Part shown: one piece after another, positions 25,066 to 30,477 of the stretch
How positions within the stretch are numbered: the first letter of the stretch is position 1
Layout: each line of letters begins with the position of its first letter
Origin: an uncultured Gammaproteobacteria bacterium
GTDB lineage: Bacteria; Patescibacteriota; Patescibacteriia; UBA1558; GWA2-36-10
Length of the DNA stretch: 30,477 nt
Direction: 5' to 3'
Assembly (NCBI GenBank): GCA_964455165.1
Contig: CAYVXP010000001.1
Coordinates: forward strand, 1 to 30,477
Notes under the pieces: model-generated
The model's input: only the letters and a program-made list of their open reading frames with translations
The model's database searches: none
Told to the model about the DNA's origin: nothing
Position numbers and translations under genes: made by a program

Positions 25066-26103
25066 ATGAACATAAAATTATTTGATTATCATTTACCGGC
25101 AGAGCTCATTGCTCAAAAGCCTAGTAGCCCACGCGATCACTCGCGCTTGTTTGTTTTTGATAAGGTAAGTAAAAAAATACAGCACAAGCATTTTTATGAT
25201 TTAGCCGATATGCTAGGAGCTGATGATGTCCTAGTGCTCAATGAAACTAAAGTTTTCCCAGCCCGACTGCAAGCAGTCAAAAAAACTGGCGGTATTTTAG
25301 AAATATTTTTGTTACAAGAAATAGCGGCCGATAGCTATCAGGTTATGGTCGGCGGTCGGCGCTTTGCTGTAGGTGATAAAATAGATTTTGCTAGGAATTT
25401 TTCCGGTGAATTCATCAAACAAGAAAAAGATAATATTTGGCAGATCAAATTCAATGTCTCCGGGCGGACTTTGGACAAAAAAATAGAGCAGCATGGACAG
25501 ACACCTTTGCCGCCATATATCAAAGCCAAAGATACCAAGGCCGTCCGCCAGCGTTATCAGACTACTTATGCCAAAAACAGAGGATCAGTAGCTGCGCCGA
25601 CCGCCGGACTACATTTTACCCCTCAGTTGCTAAAAAAATTAGAAAAAAAAGGTGTCCAAATTTTCAAAGTCACTCTCCATGTAGGCCTAGGTACTTTTGC
25701 GCCAGTGACGACTACTGATATCACTCAGCATCATATCCACCAAGAGTGGGTAGAGATAGATCCGCAGACAGCCAAGGCTTTGAATCAATTAAAAAAGCAA
25801 GGTAAGAATATCATTGCTGTCGGTACAACCTCTGCTCGTAGTCTAGAAGCCATGAGCAATTCCCGTGGTCAGCTCCAGAGTGGAGCTAAATGGGTTGATA
25901 TTTATATTTATCCTGGTTACAAATATCGCTTTGTTGATGAACTGATTACCAACTTTCATTTGCCCAAGAGTTCGCTATTATTTATGGTCTCAGCCTTAGC
26001 TGGTAGGCAGGCTATTATGGATTGCTACAAGCTAGCGATCAAACAAAAGTATCATTTCTTTTCTTTTGGTGATGCTATGATGATTGCCAAAAACCGCCTC
26101 TAA
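25066..26103 (+). CDS. queA: S-adenosylmethionine:tRNA ribosyltransferase-isomerase
   Basis: FDYHLPAELIAQKP, LNETKVFPARL, PLPPYI, YQTTYA..GSVAAPTAGLHFT, LHVGLGTF, TNFHLPKS, FSFGDAM. Confidence 0.98.
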   Translation: MNIKLFDYHLPAELIAQKPSSPRDHSRLFVFDKVSKKIQHKHFYDLADMLGADDVLVLNETKVFPARLQAVKKTGGILEIFLLQEIAADSYQVMVGGRRFAVGDKIDFARNFSGEFIKQEKDNIWQIKFNVSGRTLDKKIEQHGQTPLPPYIKAKDTKAVRQRYQTTYAKNRGSVAAPTAGLHFTPQLLKKLEKKGVQIFKVTLHVGLGTFAPVTTTDITQHHIHQEWVEIDPQTAKALNQLKKQGKNIIAVGTTSARSLEAMSNSRGQLQSGAKWVDIYIYPGYKYRFVDELITNFHLPKSSLLFMVSALAGRQAIMDCYKLAIKQKYHFFSFGDAMMIAKNRL

Positions 26104-26111
26104 AAAAACAA

Positions 26112-26136
26112 CACTAGCACCTGGTTGGTGCTAGTG
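26112..26136. terminator. Bidirectional terminator after queA and after the convergent candidate ncRNA
   Basis: Perfect 10-bp stem CACTAGCACC-TGGTT-GGTGCTAGTG; T tract on the minus strand. Confidence 0.8.
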
Positions 26137-26150
26137 CTTAAAAATCCTCC

Positions 26151-26295
26151 ATGCTATTGTATTCAATTGTCTTATTTTTTTGAGCTTCGCCGTCAAGGAC
26201 AACTATTGTTTTTTGTTTTTATCCTGCTATATATAGCGGGGATGTTTTAGTTATGCCTCATGGCTGCTCAAAAGTGTAGAATGAACCATCAACAT
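26151..26295 (-). ncRNA. Candidate rod-shaped ncRNA (6S RNA-like)
   Basis: Hand-folded long hairpin with a central bubble; extended -10 TGCTATAAT at 26300-26308 and a terminator downstream; no ORF over 60 aa. Confidence 0.5.
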
Positions 26296-26551
26296 GCTTA
26301 TTATAGCATAAACTAGTGATTTAATTAATTTTTTTGAGAGCAGAAAGACGTTTTATTTGAAGTATGTCACTACCACGAGATGTTAGTAGAGGGGATATTA
26401 AGAATTTTTTAGGACATTTTAATATAAATATTTATGTGATACTATTATTTTATATTTAGGAATTAAAAATTTATATAGTAGAGGCTAGATATTATCGAAT
26501 GGAAAGTATATATTTCTTGATTTGTAAGCTAAACATGAATAATAAAATAAG

Positions 26552-27274
26552 ATGGATTTAGTAGAAAAAACAGAAAATAACCATAGACATCCTTGGGAAC
26601 TGTCACGAAGTTACTCTATATTAAATATATTGAAAAAAGATAGTGGAAACGTCATATATGCGGATATTGGTGCCGGTGATAAATTTTTTGCATCAAAATT
26701 AAAATCTCTTAACGCAAAAACTATCTATGCAATAGATACTGCCTACAGAGATATTAGAGTAGAGAGGGACGGTATAATTAGTCTTAATGACATATCTTGT
26801 CTTAAGGATGGTAGTGTAGATTTCTTTATAGCAATGGATGTGTTGGAGCACATTGAAGATGACAAGGTATTTTTGTGTCAAGTCCACAGAAAGCTTAAAA
26901 CTAACGGCCAAATATTAATAACTGTTCCGGCAATACAGTATATTTTTTCATCACATGACATTTTTTTAAAACATTTTCGTCGTTATGATAAAAAAAATAT
27001 AAAAAATAAACTCGATGACAAGTTTATAATTCAAAAATGTTTCTATTTCTATAGTTCCCTTTTAATTCTAAGAATTATCTTACTATTGTATGAAAGACTT
27101 GCTCACGTGAGTGTTAAAAATGTAGGTATTGGACTTTGGAGATATAATAATAACCCCATAACACGTTTCTTTTACTATTTACTGAATGTTGATTTTTTGT
27201 TGTGTAAAAAATTGAACGACCTAAATATTCACCCGCTGGGACTTTCGCTTTTAATAATTTGCAAAAAATCTTAG
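26552..27274 (+). CDS. Class I SAM-dependent methyltransferase of the type found in glycosylation clusters
   Basis: YADIGAG, MDVLEHIEDD, ITVPA...FSSHD..L.HFRRY. Confidence 0.9.
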   Translation: MDLVEKTENNHRHPWELSRSYSILNILKKDSGNVIYADIGAGDKFFASKLKSLNAKTIYAIDTAYRDIRVERDGIISLNDISCLKDGSVDFFIAMDVLEHIEDDKVFLCQVHRKLKTNGQILITVPAIQYIFSSHDIFLKHFRRYDKKNIKNKLDDKFIIQKCFYFYSSLLILRIILLLYERLAHVSVKNVGIGLWRYNNNPITRFFYYLLNVDFLLCKKLNDLNIHPLGLSLLIICKKS

Positions 27275-27281
27275 TTTAAGA

Positions 27282-29204
27282 CTAGTTAGTACTTATTGAT
27301 TTACTAAACTCAACCCTATCAAGCACCTTGTTTCTTTGTGTAAGCAGTCCCAAATTACTCCAATCGCCTAAAATATTGCGACTCTTATAACTATAAATCT
27401 CAAAGGAATCAACTTGACTATTCAGATAGTAATAAGCTGTCGCTGTCTGACCGGCCATATTTTGGGCCTTAGAATAAAGACCATAATCAAAGAGTGTTTC
27501 CCAATATTGATCGTTTTGATAAAACCGAACTAAATAATAATTGGAGTCTAGCTTACTATAGTTTATCTTTAATACTTGCCCATCTGACTCTTTGGTCAAT
27601 GACCAATCTCTGACCAATTCATTCTCGCCACCTTCAATAGACCTAAGTTCAAAATAGGGCAAGCTTTTTGTAGCCACTGCTTCTTTTTTTTGCCACAAAA
27701 AAATACTATCTTTAGAGTAGATTAAATTGTAATTCGTCAGGGTAATACCCCAATTATCCGGCATTTCAAATGGCTTAGCTTTTTTCCATAAATATTGCGA
27801 ATCACGCTCACTTATAGTAAAAATAAAGCTGGTCATATCTAAAAAAATATAATCAACATCTGGTAAAACAAAATCACTCTCTGCAAAAGCAGATTTTCTA
27901 AAATATGCATAATTAACATTGTATAATTCAGGGCGCAAACTTAAGGCTGACAAGAGTGAGGAGTCAGCACAAACTGAAGCATCGCTGGGAATAGCATCGA
28001 TAATTTTTTGCCTATCTTGATGATAATTTGGTAAATGTTTTTTACTCAATATCGAAACTGTGGGTGTATCAAAAAAAAAAAAAAATAATAGGGAAAAAAT
28101 AAATATGACAACAAAAAATTCTTTGTTTTTGTGTATTAGTCTAAAATGCTTATTTTCTTTATTCTTCAGTATAGCCCATAGACCAAATATATAGGCCAAA
28201 AAAATCCCTGGCATCAAAAACATGACATAATGTGTATGAAGTTCTGCTCCATTTATACCACTGCTTTTCATAATATAGAGCAAAAAGGGAAATAGTGATA
28301 GTAATAAATATTTCTTGGCAAAAAAAGGAATAAAAAGAAAGGGTAAAAAATAATAAAAAATTAGAATAATATTATTAAACGTAAAAATATGTCCAAGCAC
28401 TGCCAAGGGGTGTTTTAGCCAAACGAAAATAATACTGGCAAAACTATCGCCACCCAGCCAATTATAATACGCCAAAAACTTGAAGCTATCAACTGGGGAG
28501 AATATGCGAATAATGTAAATGGCTATAAAAAAATATACTAAAGACCAAGCGAAAATATTCAAACTAAACTTCCATGATCTTTTTTGCATTACATTAAATA
28601 AAGCCAAACCTAAAAACAAAAAAAATGCATCTTCGCGAGTAAGTAAAGTTAAAATAAAAAATAATATAAACCAAGCTATTTTTTTTTGTTGGTAAAAATA
28701 AAAAGCCCAAAAAAATAAAAATACCATCAGATGAAACATGTGAAATTCAAATAATACCTGTCGATGGACAAAAGGATTGACTAGCCACAAAAAAGAAGCA
28801 CTATAGGCAAAAATGACATTAGTAGAATGTTTTTTGGCAATAAAAAAAATTGGCCAAGCGCATAGTGCCGTGATAACCACCTGTATTATAAGTAGGGTAA
28901 TAGCTGAGGGCCTGATAGCATAAAATGGTAATAGCAAAAGCAAGGCCGGTGAAAAATGATCAGCTAAATAATTATTCAAAGTGATGGTTTCAGCAAACCA
29001 GCGACCATGTAAAGTATTAAAAAAGGTCTGATTAAAAATAGCTAAATCCGAAATATTGTAGCCAAAATAATAATATTTTTTCAGAACCAAAAAACTAAAA
29101 AATAAAATAAAAATCATAATACTTAGCCACAAGTATCTCTGACTATGTTTTTCTATGTCTAGCTTAATTTTATTAATAAAAATTATAAAAGATTGCGATA
29201 ACAT
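27282..29204 (-). CDS. DUF2079 polytopic membrane protein (GT-C-like glycosyltransferase)
   Basis: DLAIFNQTF.NT..GR, YLADHFSP.LLLL.PFY, FEFH, LTRED, HYV; many TM segments. Confidence 0.85.
   Translation of the reverse strand: MLSQSFIIFINKIKLDIEKHSQRYLWLSIMIFILFFSFLVLKKYYYFGYNISDLAIFNQTFFNTLHGRWFAETITLNNYLADHFSPALLLLLPFYAIRPSAITLLIIQVVITALCAWPIFFIAKKHSTNVIFAYSASFLWLVNPFVHRQVLFEFHMFHLMVFLFFWAFYFYQQKKIAWFILFFILTLLTREDAFFLFLGLALFNVMQKRSWKFSLNIFAWSLVYFFIAIYIIRIFSPVDSFKFLAYYNWLGGDSFASIIFVWLKHPLAVLGHIFTFNNIILIFYYFLPFLFIPFFAKKYLLLSLFPFLLYIMKSSGINGAELHTHYVMFLMPGIFLAYIFGLWAILKNKENKHFRLIHKNKEFFVVIFIFSLLFFFFFDTPTVSILSKKHLPNYHQDRQKIIDAIPSDASVCADSSLLSALSLRPELYNVNYAYFRKSAFAESDFVLPDVDYIFLDMTSFIFTISERDSQYLWKKAKPFEMPDNWGITLTNYNLIYSKDSIFLWQKKEAVATKSLPYFELRSIEGGENELVRDWSLTKESDGQVLKINYSKLDSNYYLVRFYQNDQYWETLFDYGLYSKAQNMAGQTATAYYYLNSQVDSFEIYSYKSRNILGDWSNLGLLTQRNKVLDRVEFSKSISTN
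28071..28085. repeat. A15 (coding T15) homopolymer in the DUF2079 gene
   Basis: 15 consecutive A encode FFFFF; the longest homopolymer I noticed in the window. Confidence 0.9.
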
Positions 29205-29250
29205 AATTATTATATTATTTTTAATGTTTTTTTAAAACGAAGATATTTTT

Positions 29251-29364
29251 TTAAATAAAAATATCTACCAAAATTGGTAGATACAAAATCTGCTCTATGA
29301 GCTTAGCTATATTATCACGTTCATTGTAGGTGGGTATTATGATTAAACCCTCTTGATTTAGCAT
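29251..29364 (-). pseudogene. 37-aa N-terminal fragment of a polyprenol-monophosphomannose-synthase-like GT2
   Basis: Manual translation MLNQEGLIIIPTYNERDNIAKLIEQILYLPILVDIFI*. The IIIPTYNE..NI..LI..IL motif is present; it stops just before the expected VDDxSxDGT. Confidence 0.8.
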
Positions 29365-29382
29365 GGGTATATTTTACCACAC

Positions 29383-30444
29383 CTAGTTAAAATGAAAATG
29401 CACCGTATCCCCATCCTTGATTTCGTAGTCCTTACCTTCCATACGGATCAAGCCCTTTTCTTTGGCTTGGTTCCAGCCACCACAGGTGATGATATCTTGC
29501 CAGTTGACTACCTCAGCACGGATAAAGCCTTTTTCAAAATCAGTATGGATGACACCAGCGGCCTGAGGAGCCTTGGTCCCGCGGACTACTGTCCAAGCTT
29601 TACTTTCCATGGGGCCAGTAGTGATAAAAGTTATTAATCCTAATAGTTTGTAACTGGCTTGGATTAATGAATCTAAGCCGCTTTTTTTGATACCTAGCTC
29701 ATTCAAATATTCTTGGGCTTCTTCTGGTGTCAGGTCGGCTAGCTCAGCTTCTATCTTGGCACAGACAGCGATAGCATTGTCTGGCAGATTCAAATCTTTA
29801 TCTACTGCGTTTTCATCAATGTTGTATAGATAGATGATGGGCTTCAGAGTCAGGGGATTTAAAATTTTTAAAATTTTGTGTTCTTCTTCAGTCCAGCTTT
29901 CTTGATTTAAGAGCTGATTATTTTCCAGCATAGTACAAGCTTTTTCCAAAACAATTTTTTCTTGATCAAGAGTTTTTTCGTAAGTGCCTTTCATTTGTCC
30001 AATCACTTTTTTCAAATATTTGCTCAAGCTATCAAGGTCAGAAAGGATTAATTCTAAATTAATGATTTGCTTGTCATACTCTGGGTCTATATTGCCATGG
30101 ACATGGATGACATTGCCATCAGAAAAGTTTCTGATCACCTGGACGATAGCGTCAACCTCTCGGATGTTTGCTAAAAATTTATTACCCAAGCCTTGGCCTT
30201 CGCTAGCACCCTTGACTAGACCAGCAATATCGACAAATTCAATAGTAGTTGGCACCACTTTTTCAGAATTAGAAATTTTCGCTAGTTGGTCTAGACGATT
30301 ATCAGGCACAGCTACTACTCCGACATTGGGATCAATGGTGCAAAAGGGGTAGTTGGCAATATCTACTTTATTTTTGGTCAGGGCCTTGAAAATGGTTGAT
30401 TTTCCGACATTTGGCAGACCGACAATTCCTAATGAAAATGACAT
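29383..30444 (-). CDS. ychF: Redox-regulated ATPase YchF
   Basis: GIVGLPNVGKST, ANYPFCTIDPNVG, VDIAGLVKGASEGQGLGNKFL, IHTDFEKGFIRAE. Confidence 0.98.
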   Translation of the reverse strand: MSFSLGIVGLPNVGKSTIFKALTKNKVDIANYPFCTIDPNVGVVAVPDNRLDQLAKISNSEKVVPTTIEFVDIAGLVKGASEGQGLGNKFLANIREVDAIVQVIRNFSDGNVIHVHGNIDPEYDKQIINLELILSDLDSLSKYLKKVIGQMKGTYEKTLDQEKIVLEKACTMLENNQLLNQESWTEEEHKILKILNPLTLKPIIYLYNIDENAVDKDLNLPDNAIAVCAKIEAELADLTPEEAQEYLNELGIKKSGLDSLIQASYKLLGLITFITTGPMESKAWTVVRGTKAPQAAGVIHTDFEKGFIRAEVVNWQDIITCGGWNQAKEKGLIRMEGKDYEIKDGDTVHFHFN

Positions 30445-30477
30445 ATAATAGTGATAAGGTTTATTAAAGAATGTTTA

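Noticed and set aside
26364-26459. 31-aa ORF MSLPRDVSRGDIKNFLGHF... faintly like a HicA toxin N-terminus
   Set aside because: Too short, lacks the GSH motif and has no hicB partner; cannot be supported without a search.
1-30477. Alternative genetic code (TGA=Gly, as in Gracilibacteria/Absconditabacteria)
   Set aside because: Housekeeping genes are full length under code 11 and TGA acts as a stop (for example in yraN).

Overview
AT-rich bacterial chromosome segment read with the standard genetic code. The gene set, the lack of Shine-Dalgarno motifs and the short intergenic regions suggest a Patescibacteria/CPR (Parcubacteria-like) organism; this placement is inference. Most of the window is housekeeping: hppA (partial), nusA, yraN, tRNA-Glu, csp, trmB, tsaD, tsaE, valS, a PilB/GspE ATPase, ftsH, rpsA, gyrA, asnS, ruvB, queH, queA and ychF, plus a few membrane or secreted hypotheticals and a small AT-rich surface-glycosylation patch. 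The unusual signals are mostly non-coding. (1) A nested tRNA-Glu locus: an intact tRNA sits inside a second, interrupted copy of itself. (2) A family of about 15-bp GC-rich hairpin modules occurs in an anticodon loop, in frame in NusA and nested inside one another between genes. (3) A rod-shaped, 6S-like candidate ncRNA has its own promoter and terminator. (4) A terminator-like attenuator lies in the nusA leader. (5) gyrA is frameshifted by an apparent 10-nt deletion. (6) A T15 tract lies in a DUF2079 gene. (7) Two short N-terminal gene remnants are missed by the ORF track. No CRISPR array, transposase or integrase was recognised.
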